A stretch of 61,431 nucleotides of DNA, the filler included, from Circinaria calcarea (taxonomy: Eukaryota): the NCBI GenBank assembly GCA_051942165.1. It is 18 parts of 18 records of this genome, joined end to end, with 100 filler letters (N's around TTAATTAATTAA, not from the genome) between each part and the next. Parts side by side here need not be neighbours in the genome. Positions count along the whole stretch, not along the records: positions 47,908 to 51,218 come from JAVECS010002901.1; positions 51,319 to 54,628 come from JAVECS010002902.1; positions 54,729 to 58,034 come from JAVECS010002903.1; positions 58,135 to 61,431 come from JAVECS010002904.1; 14 more parts are not named here. The stretch is one strand, 5' to 3'. Positions 50,160 through 61,431 of this stretch are shown piece after piece. The notes beneath the pieces were generated by a model. That model saw only the letters and a program-made list of their open reading frames with translations. It made no database searches and was not told the DNA's origin. The stretch's first letter is position 1; each line of letters starts with the position of its first letter. The position numbers and the translations under genes were made by a program.

Positions 50160-51218
50160 ATGTATCATAGTCCCGTTAGGCAGCGGTCTCCTGCCGAGGA
50201 AGACGACCGGCTGCGAAGAGACAGCTTGACAGGCACCGGTGTCCAGCATCATCCGCATTACGATGGCCGATCGCCGACCCACGCTCACCTCCATTCCTAT
50301 TCGCCTACCAACGGGTCACATTCTCAAGGGACTTACAATGGTTATTCATCACGCTCCTCCGCTGCAGCAGCTGTGCCCATACCGTCAGGCATCAGTCAGA
50401 GCCCTCGACTAGGTCCACCTCCCTCACCAACCTCAAATGGTTTCTCGCACGCGAACAAGCCAGGCTACATGCCGAGAGATACAGGGTCGTCGACCTATTA
50501 TGATCCAACCTCGGAGCACCGTGACGGTTCTGTGAATTGGGGTCACTCTGGATACTCTCCCGTTCAAGTGCGTATAACGCCCAGTAAAGGATAGTCCAAC
50601 ACATTATCTAGCAGGCTAACATGTCCCTTCTTGTAGGGTCGCTCCAACTTTGACAAGATTCCAGAAGCCAAACTACCTCGTAGCGCACATCAGTCCCCCA
50701 TTTCAGCGCGTTTCCCTCAGCAATCACCTACATTTCCGAATCTACATGCTCACCCATCAAGTCGACACAATTCCATCTCACAATCGCCTGTTCACACCAC
50801 CGCTGCATCCCCACACATGCAGCAAAACTTCCCGACCTTCACTACCACCTCAATAGTTAATGGTTCCGCAGAACAGCCAATGTCGTCGGATGCTATACAA
50901 GATAAATTACACAGACCTAGCCATTCCCGGGGCTTGGAGGAGCCAAAACCAACAAGGACGACAGACCCTATGTCATTCTCCAGTATCCTGTCGAACACCG
51001 CCGTCAACCCTCCCAAGTCAGCTCTGAAGCAGTCACCGTCAACAAGACATACGCGAAGGTCTTCTAAGTCTCCAAATAGTGACAGTACGCTTTGTGCTGC
51101 GGTACCAACTTCTGTAGCATCATCAACCAAGTTAGCTCGTGAAGCTTCGCCTCCAGCCAAAGGATCGTCTGGTCCGCCAAGACATTCGACAGACGAAGCG
51201 AAGCCTCAAATCCACAAA
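50160..51218 (+). CDS. N-terminal disordered region of a probable Ino80 chromatin-remodelling ATPase (truncated; intron ~50569-50636)
   Basis: S/P/H-rich sequence with YYDPTSE and TDPMSFSSILS motifs, which I recall from Pezizomycotina Ino80 N-termini; ATPase domain not in window. Confidence 0.5.
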
Positions 51219-51318
51219 NNNNNNNNNNNNNNNNNNNNNNNNNNNNNNNNNNNNNNNNNNNNTTAATTAATTAANNNNNNNNNNNNNNNNNNNNNNNNNN
51301 NNNNNNNNNNNNNNNNNN

Positions 51319-51642
51319 AGCGAAGTCCGACGGAGGGTTTCGGGGGACAGGCCGACCTTAAACGATACGGGGGATGAGGGAGGATTCAGGGCCGTGATGG
51401 TCAGGCAGGTTCCATTGATGCTGATACTGTCGCCCAGGTGGGCGTCGGAGAGGATCTCGCTGCAGTCTCCGATTGTGAGGGAGGTCCCGCCGCCGCCGCC
51501 TTCGGTGTCATCGTGGTGCTCGAGGGCGAGGATGGCTGGGCTGGGATGTTAGTTTAGAGAGGGTGATTTTTTTTGGAAGGGGTGGGCATTGGAGAGGGGG
51601 AAAAAGCTTACTGCCGATTTTTTCAACTATACCGGTGAACAT
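51319..51642 (-). CDS. RIB5: Riboflavin synthase N-terminus (3' truncated; absent from ORF track)
   Basis: MFTGIVEKIG|intron|...LGDSISINGTCLTIT...FKVGLSPETLRRTS signature. Confidence 0.92.
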
Positions 51643-52315
51643 TGCGGTGAGATGTCCTGGTGAGGTGAGGATGTGGGAGATGTCTTAGCTGGAGAGCATT
51701 GCATCATTGTGGTGGGAATGCCGAGGCGTATTGCGATCGTACGGATGACTATAAGTACTATCGCGCAACATCAATTTTTTTCTTAAGAAAATCGAAATTG
51801 GATTCGTGTTTCGGTGGGGGTGAAGTGACACTAGAATGCTATGTAAAGGAACATAAAGCATAGCATTAGCATATAGTATAATATTAGTAAAAGCATAGCA
51901 TGGCAAGGGCAAATAACAGACGCAGGAATTAAAGTCCAAATTTTCTTTTACTTATGGTCTTCCGTAAATAAGGCTGAGATTCCGCTCGAATGAAGTCAAA
52001 TCGACGGCCAACCCCAGTTTAGTTGGTAACGTTCCCACCGCGATTAGGGTTCTACGGTGGCCCCGATAAACTGGGTCGGCCGTCAATTGTTGCCACCCCC
52101 TCTCGAATATATCCTGTCGTTTAGTAAAAATTGAATTGGATGTTATATATTATATATCCACCGAGTCAACTGTATAGTTTGCTGGTAATTCACTGTCCAA
52201 TCTACGGCAGTCGTCATGCCAGCTTGGTAGCAGGAGGCTTTCCAACGACACGCGAGCTTGAGCCTCTCCACTCCCTCTTCTCTTGCCCATACAATCCAGT
52301 TAGTTCATCGACGAA

Positions 52316-53955
52316 ATGGTTTTATCCAGTGATACCATAGCTCTCAGATTATTCCAGGCTGCAGTCCGGTCTCCCAATCGCTTGGTTTCGCGAAGATCAT
52401 ACGGCTTTGCAACTGCAGCAATGGACTCCCCGACTCTACCTTTGGCGGGTATCCGGGTGCTGGACATGACTCGAGTACTAGCCGGGGTATGACATAACAT
52501 TGCCATTCGAATTCGTTGTAGTAAGCATTGTTGACACTGCTCCAAGCCATACTGTACGCAAATTCTGGGAGACCTTGGGTAGGCCAACATAACGATACGG
52601 TCCAGCCCCTGTAAGGCAGGTGGTAGACTCTTCCTCGACGAAACCGCTGATTCACATACCGGTAACAGTGCAGAGGTCATTAAGATTGAGCATCCAACAA
52701 GGGGAGACGATACCCGAGCCTGGGGACCACCGTATGCAAAGCACATCACTGGCAAGGCGACGGACGGTCCAGGAGAGAGTGCATACTTCTTGTCGGTTAG
52801 TAGGCTTCATGCGATCCCTTGAGCGTCCTCTGAATCAAGCTCTGCAGGTCAATCGAAATAAGAAGTCCCTGGCCCTTTCTTTCCAGCACAAAACCGGAGT
52901 GCAAATCTTGCACAAATTAGCCAAGGATTGCGACGTCCTCGTCGAGAACTATCTGCCAGACACCCTTAAGAAATACGGAATGGATTTCGAGACAGTTCAC
53001 AAAATAAACCCTGGTCTGATATACGCCAGTATCACCGGTTATGGACAGACAGGGCCGTACCGGAATAGAGCAGGATACGACGTCATGGTCGAGGCAGAGA
53101 TGGGCCTCATGCATATTACCGGGGCGAGGGATGGTCCACCTGTCAAAGTTGGTGTTGCCGCCACTGACTTGACGACGGGACTATACGCCTCGAATTCGAT
53201 CCTGGCTGCGTTGCTTGGACGTGTAAAGACAGGAAGAGGCCAGCATATCGATGTTTCGTTGAGTGATTGTCAGGTTGCAACCTTGTCTAACCTAGCCAGC
53301 TCCGCATTGATCAGTGGCCAGCCTGATTCTGGCAGGTGGGGAACGGCACATCGTGCGTTTACCGGATCATTTAACAGAACAAGGCTGAATTATCGCTAGC
53401 CTCCATTGTCCCTTATAAAGCCTTCAAAACCGCTGACGGTGACATTCTCCTTGGAGGGGGTAATGAACGGCTATTTGGGATTTTGTGTGATTGTCTCGGC
53501 GAGCCTGGATGGAAGACCGATGAACGATTCATAACTAATTCATTACGCGTGAAGAACCGAGATCTGCTCGAGGGTAAGATCGAGGATTTGACGCGAAGGA
53601 GAAAAACGAGCGAATGGCTAGAAGTCCTGGAGGGAAGCGGCATGCCCTATGCTGCCGTCAACGATATTCAGGGGACGATGAACCACGAACATGGTAAGAT
53701 CTTTTCCATGGTTATGTGGCGGAGTTGTAAACTGACTGCGTAGTCCTCGCCCGAAACATGGTAAAAGAGGTAGATCACCCTACCTGCGGTCCAATGAAGT
53801 TGGTCAATACTCCCGTGAAATTTTCCTATTCAGAGCCTAGTATAAGGACGCCACCTCCATTTCTAGGGCAGCATACCGATGAGATATTGACTGATACATT
53901 GGGAATGAGCGAGAGCGATATAGAGCACCTCAGAAATGAGGGTGTTGTTGCGTAG
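52316..53955 (+). CDS. CoA-transferase family III (CaiB/BaiF; succinate-hydroxymethylglutarate CoA-transferase-like), 6 exons
   Basis: [62 protein letters not shown] catalytic Asp, PPFLGQHT. Confidence 0.93.
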
Positions 53956-54458
53956 TGGCAACGCTGCTCATCAAGGCTTGTCAGATTCTCCTTGTGTATA
54001 TGAATGTTTAAGCTTTTTTGATGTAGCATGCTGGCGTGACTCGCTCTATCTCGTACCGAGGCCGTGTTCATGTACCAACTCTTCTTAAGTTCCGTATAGT
54101 GCACTCGAGAGCGTTGTGAGGATCCGTCTTGATTGCATGCAAAAGGAGAAGATACTAGATTTGAGATTAACGAAAGATTGAAAGAACTTGTTGATCGCAG
54201 TGTTGTTATGGGGTACGGATAGCTTCGAGTCGTTCCAATGGATGCTGAGGTTTGATAGAATTTTCATTAAAGAGTCAAGTGCTTTGAGCTAGCAAAGTCA
54301 GACCGCGAAGGAGATGCAAAAGCCTGGTCGAGTGCAGTGTCATGGTACTATCTGTCGGTTGCTATTTATCGGCGCTGGCGTGCCGAGCCTCCTTTAAGTC
54401 TGGAAAAATCAGTTCGAATCTTGCTTGAAAAAAGGACAAAATAATAATATTTACAATC

Positions 54459-54616
54459 TGCTGAGCCAAGGATCGAACCCTGGACCTAATGGAAAAATGG
54501 CAAAAGCTCAGAATATTGTTGTAAGGCCAACTGATATTCCTACGAAAGACCTCTCTCTCGAGGTTTTCATCGGTACTCTCCGCACAATCCCATTGAACAT
54601 CACCGGCTACTCACTG
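54459..54616 (-). pseudogene. Possible degenerate tRNA-like sequence
   Basis: Minus strand ends AGGTCCAGGGTTCGATCCTTGGCTCAGCA (B-box/T-arm-like); AATGGGA/TTCCATT could form an anticodon stem around an intron; D arm and acceptor 5' strand are poor. Confidence 0.3.
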
Positions 54617-54728
54617 ATGGGCTGGGGANNNNNNNNNNNNNNNNNNNNNNNNNNNNNNNNNNNNNNNNNNNNTTAATTAATTAANNNNNNNNNNNNNNNN
54701 NNNNNNNNNNNNNNNNNNNNNNNNNNNN

Positions 54729-54930
54729 GGCTAATAGTTATTATAATAAAAAAAGAGGTTAAAAAAGAGGTTAAGGTTATATTATATAAAAAACTTGTTT
54801 ATAGGCCTAAGTATTTAGATAATTAATTTATAAATAATTAATTTTTATTTATATTTATTTAATTTATAATATATTTAATTTTTATAATATTAATTGCTTT
54901 TATTATTCTATAATAATTAATTATTAAAAA
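54729..54930. repeat. Extremely AT-rich, RIP-degraded repeat remnant
   Basis: Nearly pure A/T with TpA excess next to a transposon; a similar tract occurs at 20417-20490. Confidence 0.6.
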
Positions 54931-54934
54931 TTAA

Positions 54935-56275
54935 GGGGGGGGGAATACTGCGGTATTTAACCGGATGCGGTATAGCTCAGGGATCTCTGGTAGTGAATAA
55001 AACTTATTTATACTTAAGAATTATCCAAAGTGCTTAAGCTTGATAGGATTTTATTAATAAACCCCACCAAAACTATACCGACTAGTAGAAATTTGATAAT
55101 TGTGGAGCTGGCAAGGGTATTCAGGGATAGTGGCCATAAAGAATTTTTTTTCCTACAGTCACACAATATTCATAGATTTTGGAATAGAAATCAATTGAAT
55201 ACTATTTCTACATTGAACTATGAATGATTCCACCCCCCCACCGACGCTGAATACCAACTGGGTGGATCCAATACACCTCAACGATTTTCTTGAAGCCGTC
55301 GAGGCCCTCCCTCCAGCACACCTCCGCTCTCCTACCACTCAGGAACGCTTCGCCACTCAGGACGCCGTCGAAATACGGCTAAAGGACTATGCCTTCAGCC
55401 AGGGCTTCCCGCTCGTCAAACAGGGCGGGGCAGGAACCACAGGCGTCTTCACTATGAAGTGCCGGCGGCACGGAGCAGAGACGAAGAACTGGAGGAAGTT
55501 AGTAGACGAAGACAGGGCCAAGAATAAGAGCGGAGCAGTCCGCGGCAGTTCCGTCCGTCAAACAGACTGCCCTTATTCAATTAGAGTTAGTCAATGGAAA
55601 GGGGAGACGCAATGGCGAATCAAACTCACCAATACTACCCATAACCACCCCTTCAACCCCGATCCTTTCGTCGATCCACTCCTCCGCAGCCGTAGACCCC
55701 GGGCGGAGGAAGCAGTCAGGCTCGCAACCACGCACCGAATAGCAGGGGTTTTGCATTCGAAAGCCGACGAGGAACGAAGCGTCGCAGCAGGAGCAGGCGG
55801 CGATGGCAGCTGCGGCGAAGGCAGCAGAGACGGAAAAGAAGGAGACAGTAAGAAAAGAAAGAGCTGCCGCAAAGCTCAAGGCCAAGGAAGAAAAGCGGGC
55901 AAGGGCCACGGCGAAGGAGGAACGGCGGCGTGCAGGAAGGAAGACGGGCGAGTCGCAATTCGATGCGATCGAATTGGACTAAGAAGGAGGCTTTTTCTAT
56001 TTATAATATTAGTTAATCAGCGTAGTAGAAGAATAGGAGTTTACAGCGATTTCAACTGCGAATTTTAAAGCGCATTAGCACATAAAAATAAATTTAATAT
56101 ATAAACGAATTGGCTGCGCAATTGCAGCGGAATTTACATGTGGAATAAATCTAATTATTTTGGTATGCGCCCGCCACATAATTATTTCTATGACGTGGAA
56201 AATTATTTCTTCGGGTAATTTTCGGATCGGTATTTTACCGGCCGACCTCCCCCCGAAGTTAAACGACGACCCCCC
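54935..56275 (+). mobile_element. Internally deleted Mutator/FAR1-type DNA transposon
   Basis: ORF from 55220 has a FAR1-like domain (DYAFSQGF...KCRRHG...TDCPYSI...W.I...HNHP), no DDE core, and an out-of-frame basic tail; ends TTAA-G9 ... C6-TTAA with subterminal CGGTATTTwACCGG at both ends. Confidence 0.7.
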
Positions 56276-56305
56276 TTAATACACGGGGTCGAGATGATGG
56301 AAGGC

Positions 56306-56399
56306 TAAGCGAGGTCGCACTGTGGGCGCCGCGCCCACAGTGCGCCCTAGCTCAGGGGACAATATATAGAGTATAGGGCCCTCGAGATTTCTCGAGGGC
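56306..56399. repeat. Two adjacent GC-rich palindromes
   Basis: cgcactgtgggcg-ccg-cgcccacagtgcg (13-bp perfect stem, extendable with mismatches) and gccctcgaga-tt-tctcgagggc. Confidence 0.85.
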
Positions 56400-57651
56400 A
56401 GCGATTGATTTTTATTTGAAATATATAAAGGTTTCTATCCCTGCGTTCCCACCGCTCAAGCTGCTCGTTGGCTATATTATTACGGATAACCTTTATACTC
56501 GCGGTAGAATAATGACCTCACTTATAGTCTCCCTTTACGCGGTCGGGTAAGGGTTTATTACGTCTTATATACGCGAAACATGATCTTTTAATATAATAGA
56601 TTCTTTTATTAATAAATACGGCCTATCAGGCAGTAGTTTATTTATATTATGAAATTCTTTTATTATATATCACCTAAGCTCGCGCGATCGTAAAGCGGCG
56701 CTTATCTTAGTTCCGGAAAAGGGGTAAAGCCGGGGCAGATTTTTATTATCTTGGCACAAGATAAAATCAAGAGCCGGCGAAATTATAGGATTCTAGGCAG
56801 CAGCAGGCTGAGCCAGGCAACACTGCTGGGTAAATAACAGGAGCAGCTGTAACCGAATAGGTGGTAACCAAATTAAGCTCTCCAAAGAGCCAGAACCTCT
56901 CCTCTTTTGCTGCGCCCCCCTTTGCTCGCTTGCTGCGCCCCAGTGCTCCCCCGTGCTCCCTCGGTGCTCCCTCTAAAGCGGCTTTGCTCCCTTTCCCTTC
57001 CCGGAACAGCAATCCCCCATCCTAAGTTCAGGGTGTATATAATATATATATATTCTACGAAAGAGGCAAGCTACGCCGTATAAAGACTCTAGATTGTATT
57101 AAAAAACACGTTACCGTGTCCTTTTGCTTAAAACCATGGGATCACTATCTTCATGGGATAGTTTCTGAAACACAAAATGTTCAATCCACTATACTTTTTG
57201 GCCGAGAAGCCAAACCGCCGCTCTGGGGGTAAGTGCCCGACCTTTCTGATATGAAAGATGCTATGGTATAGCTAAGGTGCGTAAAAGCTGTCAACGTATC
57301 CCTGGTGTGCCATCTCTATATGTCTATGCGTTCAAAACTCTAATAACGTCATGTCGAAAACTTCGCCGCATGAATAAGATTAGTGGCAGCTTCCGCCCAG
57401 TATCCAGCCCTTAACATAGGCGACATACAGCCAAGACTTCATCTGCACATTGTCTTACCGGTCCCCCGTTTTCGCTTTGGAATAGGTGACGCTGTCCTCC
57501 AGATCCTCCGAACTGATTTCATGTTCTTTAGGATTAGTATTTGCCCGCAAAGATGATGCCCGAATGGCTGACTGGTGATGAATTATAAGCATGACGGGGA
57601 GATGATCTACCAAAGCCAGTCCCAGCAAAATTCCCTAAATGCATCAAAAAC

Positions 57652-58034
57652 TCACACTCCAGCATAAAGCTCAGTATGCCCAACCTGGCTTTTGCCTCTG
57701 CCGTGTTTAATCTTCCCTCCCCAGTCCCGCAACTTTCCCTCCCCGCGCTGCCACCAGTGTTTAATCTTCTCACCTACCCTCGTCTTCGTCCGGTACAGAC
57801 TTGGTAAGTTCACCGTAGAGCGTCCAGTCTGCGCGCTTGTCCGTCCAGCCGGTCTGCTTCTATCCAATGCTGAGCCACTTCGCTTGCGATCCACACCCCT
57901 GAAATCATCCATCGAACTTGCTCTACCTGCGATAGCCTTGAGCTGAGATATACGTTTCCTTATGCTGCCTTCTTGCTGTAGCTGTGAACTATCGTCCGAG
58001 AAGAAGCTGCGAACTTCTGTCAAATGCAAGCCAG
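57652..58034 (-). CDS. 3' end of a hypothetical protein
   Basis: Open frame from contig end: VRSFFSDDSS...SIRKRISQLKA...KIKHWW; no family recognised. Confidence 0.55.
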
Positions 58035-58134
58035 NNNNNNNNNNNNNNNNNNNNNNNNNNNNNNNNNNNNNNNNNNNNTTAATTAATTAANNNNNNNNNN
58101 NNNNNNNNNNNNNNNNNNNNNNNNNNNNNNNNNN

Positions 58135-59029
58135 CACATCCCTAAATCTCTCCTCATATCCCCATCTTACAATTTCCTCTCAGTCGTCACCTGTCATCGC
58201 CCGTCTCCTGGTTGGCGCAGATGGGCTCAATAGCCCTGTGCGAGCTTTTGCAGGGATTACTTCGCGTGGCTGGGATTATAATCGTTACGGCGTTGTGGCA
58301 ACAGTCAAGCTATCTGGCTTCGGTTGGGCCCGTGCAGGGGAAAAAGTCGCATACCAGCGATTCTTACCTACAGGACCGGTGGCACTCCTTGCATTACCAG
58401 AAGAATACGCGACTCTCGTTTGGTCTACCCTTCCACAGCACGCAACGCGACTGAAGTCCCTTTCAAAAGTCGACTTCGCAGCGATGGTAGACGCCGCGTT
58501 TCGGCTTAGCGCAGTGGATATAGAGTACCTCCTCACTCTAGAAAAGGGTCAGGCAGAGGAAGTTCGCTGGCGAGAAAGCCATACTCCATTCGAGGAAGAC
58601 AAGATCCCGCAAAAACTCGTTTCAGTACAAGAAGGCTCAGTTGCTAGCTTTCCCCTCCGCCTTCGCCACGCAGACACCTATATTTCAGAGCGCGTAGCCT
58701 TAGTAGGCGACGCTGCGCATACCATTCATCCTCTCGCCGGCCAAGGTCTCAATCAAGGCCAAGGTGATGTCGCAGCTCTAGTCAAAGCCATCGAATACGC
58801 TGTTACTCATGGCTGGGATATTGGGAGGGAAATGAGCTTGGAAGGGTACAATGCTGAGAGATGGGCGGTCAATAACAGGCTTCTAGGAGTGGTGGACAAG
58901 TTGCACAAGCTGTATAGTGTGCAAAGTGGGCCGTTGGTGGGATTGAGGAGCTGGGGATTGGGAGTTGTGAATGAGATTGCGCCGTTGAAAAGATTCTTCA
59001 TGAGACAAGCTGAAGGTGGTGGCTTCTGA
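58135..59029 (+). CDS. COQ6: Ubiquinone biosynthesis FAD monooxygenase Coq6, 3' part
   Basis: RLLVGADGLNSPVR, AYQRFLPTGPVALLALP, SFPLRLRHADTY, GDAAHTIHPLAGQGLNQG, VDKLHKLY. Confidence 0.95.
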
Positions 59030-59355
59030 GGGATGATTGGGGAATCAGACTTGAGGATTTGTTCACTCCATCCGTTGACTGGGTGGCGCTTCCAGCATGA
59101 AAAACAATATGCCTTTCCGGGTTCGCTGCCAAGGTTGTTGAATATCGAAGCAACAAACATATAGGTTCCTGGCAGTTCTCTCTCGAGCTTCATCACATCA
59201 CCGTTTATAGGAGTCACAAGCCGCACCAACAATGGAGAGAGGCTCTTTTCGGAACTATAATTGCTGACTGCCGGATAAAAGTCGGAGCGAACGCACTTTT
59301 ATCTCAACCGAGGCGCTTAGTCACTTTGTTAGGTTTTTCTCGCCGGCATACTCAA

Positions 59356-59362
59356 TGAGTCA
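59356..59362. promoter_or_regulatory. Gcn4/CpcA (cross-pathway control) binding site
   Basis: Perfect TGAGTCA ~140 bp upstream of the aspartate kinase ATG; near-matches GAGTCAC (~59211) and TTAGTCA (~59317). Confidence 0.65.
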
Positions 59363-59499
59363 ATCGGTACCGATTGTATTTCTTAGTTTAGTTACATACT
59401 CTCTTTTCTCCCTTATTGCAAATATACCAAGGTTGGTTTTCTGTTGACTTGCAGCCACCGCAGTTCAGATTCTTCCAGAGTGGTTTATTCGATACTCAA

Positions 59500-61416
59500 A
59501 TGTCAATTGATATGTCAAACGATGATTCAAAGAGTTGGGTGGTGCATAAGTATGGTGGTACAGCCGTCGGGAAGTACGCAAGAGAAATAGCTGGGATCGT
59601 AAAGAGCGATCTGAGTTCTAATCGAGTTGCAATCGTATGCTCTGCGCGGAGTACCAGCACCAAATCTGAAGGCACAACCAACAAGTAAGCACTTTGCATG
59701 ACTGTTGATACTTGGGAATGCTCTGTTTTTCCTCTAATTAGCAATCTAGACTTCTCCGAGCTGCAAAGGAAGCAGAAAGTGGCAATTCAAAAACCTACGA
59801 AGATATTGTTACTTCCATTCGCCAGGACCATATCAAAACCGCAGAAGCCAACATAACATCCGAAGCTATTCAGGCGCGCCTATCAGCTGAGATTGATGAG
59901 GAGTGCAATGACCTATCACATTTTCTTGCTGCGGTGCAGAAAATCCAAGAGATTACCCCACGATCCTTAGATATCATCATTGGCAAAGGGGAAATTTTGA
60001 GCTGTCGATTTATGGCTGCATTACTACAAGATAACGGGGTAAATGCTGACTTTGTTGATCTTTCCAATCTTCTCAACGTCAGGTCAACTTTAAGCGTTGA
60101 CCAAAGTTTTTTCAATTCTGTCATTACAGCTATACGTACTCTGCTCTCTACAGCAGGAGCAAAGGTTCCAGTAATAACTGGCTACTTTGGGACTGTTCCG
60201 GGAGGTCTACTCAGCCAAGTTGGACGAGGTTATACCGATCTTTGTGCAGCTCTACTATCTGTCAGCCTTGCTGCCTCTGAGTTGCAGGTTTGGAAAGAGT
60301 ATGGAAATTCTGCTTTAACCGTTCTTGGCTGACATTGCTAGGGTGGACGGAATCTTTAGCGCTGATCCCCGCAAAGTCTCTACCGCGCGCCTTCTCTCAG
60401 CAATCACTCCGCTAGAAGCTGCGGAGCTTACGTACGTATCCTTCATGGCAAGAATCACAGCTTACTTACTGGTGTACTCAGTTTCTGGGGTTCCGAGGTT
60501 ATTCATCGTAAGAGGCTGCTACCTTATTACCACTGGCTCACCAGTTTAACAAGCTTTTACGCTTCGAGTACACCTATCTGACCATCGAGTAGCCTTTACA
60601 ATGGAACAAGCGATACGGGCACGGATACCAATCCGTATCCGAAATGTTACCAACCCTCTCGGAAGCGGAACGAAAATAGTTCCAAATCCTAGTGATGCCT
60701 CTCCCCGAAGGCCTACATTCACAGCAAATACCTCAACATCCTTACTATTTCGACCGCGGAGCTCTGGTCCTGGTATAGCAGACGGACATGCCAGACGGCC
60801 GACTGCAGTTACCATCAAACACAATATTCTAGTCATGAACATTCATTCGAATAAACGCTCCTTGTCACATGACTTCTTTGCACGGGTTTTCTCGACGCTA
60901 GATCGTTGGCGACTTTCCGTCGACCTTATATCTACATCGGAAGTCCACGTCTCCATGGCGCTTCATTCAGAGAGTGGACTGGTACACAGCGTTGGGAGTA
61001 GTAAGGAGGTTGTCGATTTGGATCTGCAGGGTGCGCTCGCCGATCTGGCGGAAGTGGGTAATGTGGATTTGATTGACGAGATGGCTATCTTGGCACTGGT
61101 AGGACGGGAAATGAAGAACATGACGGGGATTGCGGGGAAGATGTTCAGCGTGCTGGGTGATCATAACGTGAATATCGAGATGATATCGCAAGGTACGTAA
61201 TCTAGCTCTGTTGCGCTACTCTGCTCTACAGACGTGTGTGCACTCATGCACAAAGGAGAAGCTCAACGCCATTATCCTTTAATAATCTGGATAGCTTTGC
61301 GGGGCTGACCCATGGCAGGCGCGAGCGAGATTAACATATCTTGCGTGATTGCGGAACGGGATGCCGATCGCGCCTTGAACGTTTTGCATACCAATCTTTT
61401 CACCTTTCTCGACTGA
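59500..61416 (+). CDS. HOM3: Aspartate kinase (6 exons, complete)
   Basis: WVVHKYGGTAVGK, VCSARS, GRGYTDLCAAL, VDGIFSADPRKV, WGSEVIH-PFTMEQ, ACT domains VDLISTSEVHVSMA and NIEMISQG-ASEINISCVI...LHTNLFTFLD*. Confidence 0.96.
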
Positions 61417-61431
61417 GTATATCCCTTAAGG

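Noticed and set aside
15019..51642. Two riboflavin-pathway genes (DRAP deaminase-like and RIB5) as a cluster
   Set aside because: They lie on different contigs joined only by size sorting.
52487..52546. Possible [D1,2] stwintron in the CoA-transferase first intron (G|GTATGA...TAG|TAAGC)
   Set aside because: Inner and outer introns would be only ~35 and ~26 nt, and two-step splicing would remove a coding G and shift the frame; single GT-AAG splicing gives the correct LAG-PYC.

Overview
This window is not one locus. It is 18 unrelated fungal contigs of 3,334 to 3,297 bp, sorted by decreasing length and joined by 17 artificial 100-bp linkers (44 N + TTAATTAATTAA + 44 N), so gene adjacency across linkers is meaningless. 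Short GT-AG introns with CTRAY branch sites, HET/NACHT genes and RIP-like repeat decay indicate a filamentous ascomycete (Pezizomycotina); a lichen-forming fungus is only a guess. I reconstructed spliced genes by hand, several of them fragmented in or absent from the ORF track: ATP7, rhomboid, HET-domain protein, LEO1, MOB2, homeobox TF, GEP4, DRAP-type deaminase, NTF2/SnoaL-like protein, phytase, NACHT pseudogene, ELP3, RNASEK/V-ATPase subunit f, beta-tubulin, MFS transporter, ADH6-like, SUR2, Gfo/Idh/MocA oxidoreductase, GH128, an HEXXH metalloprotease, NHX1, INO80-like, RIB5, CoA-transferase III, COQ6 and HOM3. Family calls come from recalled motifs, not database searches. I found no convincing new multi-gene system. 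The best leads are: (1) two TA-flanked MITEs whose inverted repeats carry a branch point plus 3' splice site (introner-like); (2) an in-frame alternative donor adding a 34-aa segment with 11 Trp; (3) a FAR1/Mutator-type element apparently flanked by TTAA; (4) a tRNA with a 91-nt structured intron and atypical U37; (5) an apparent frameshift in NHX1.
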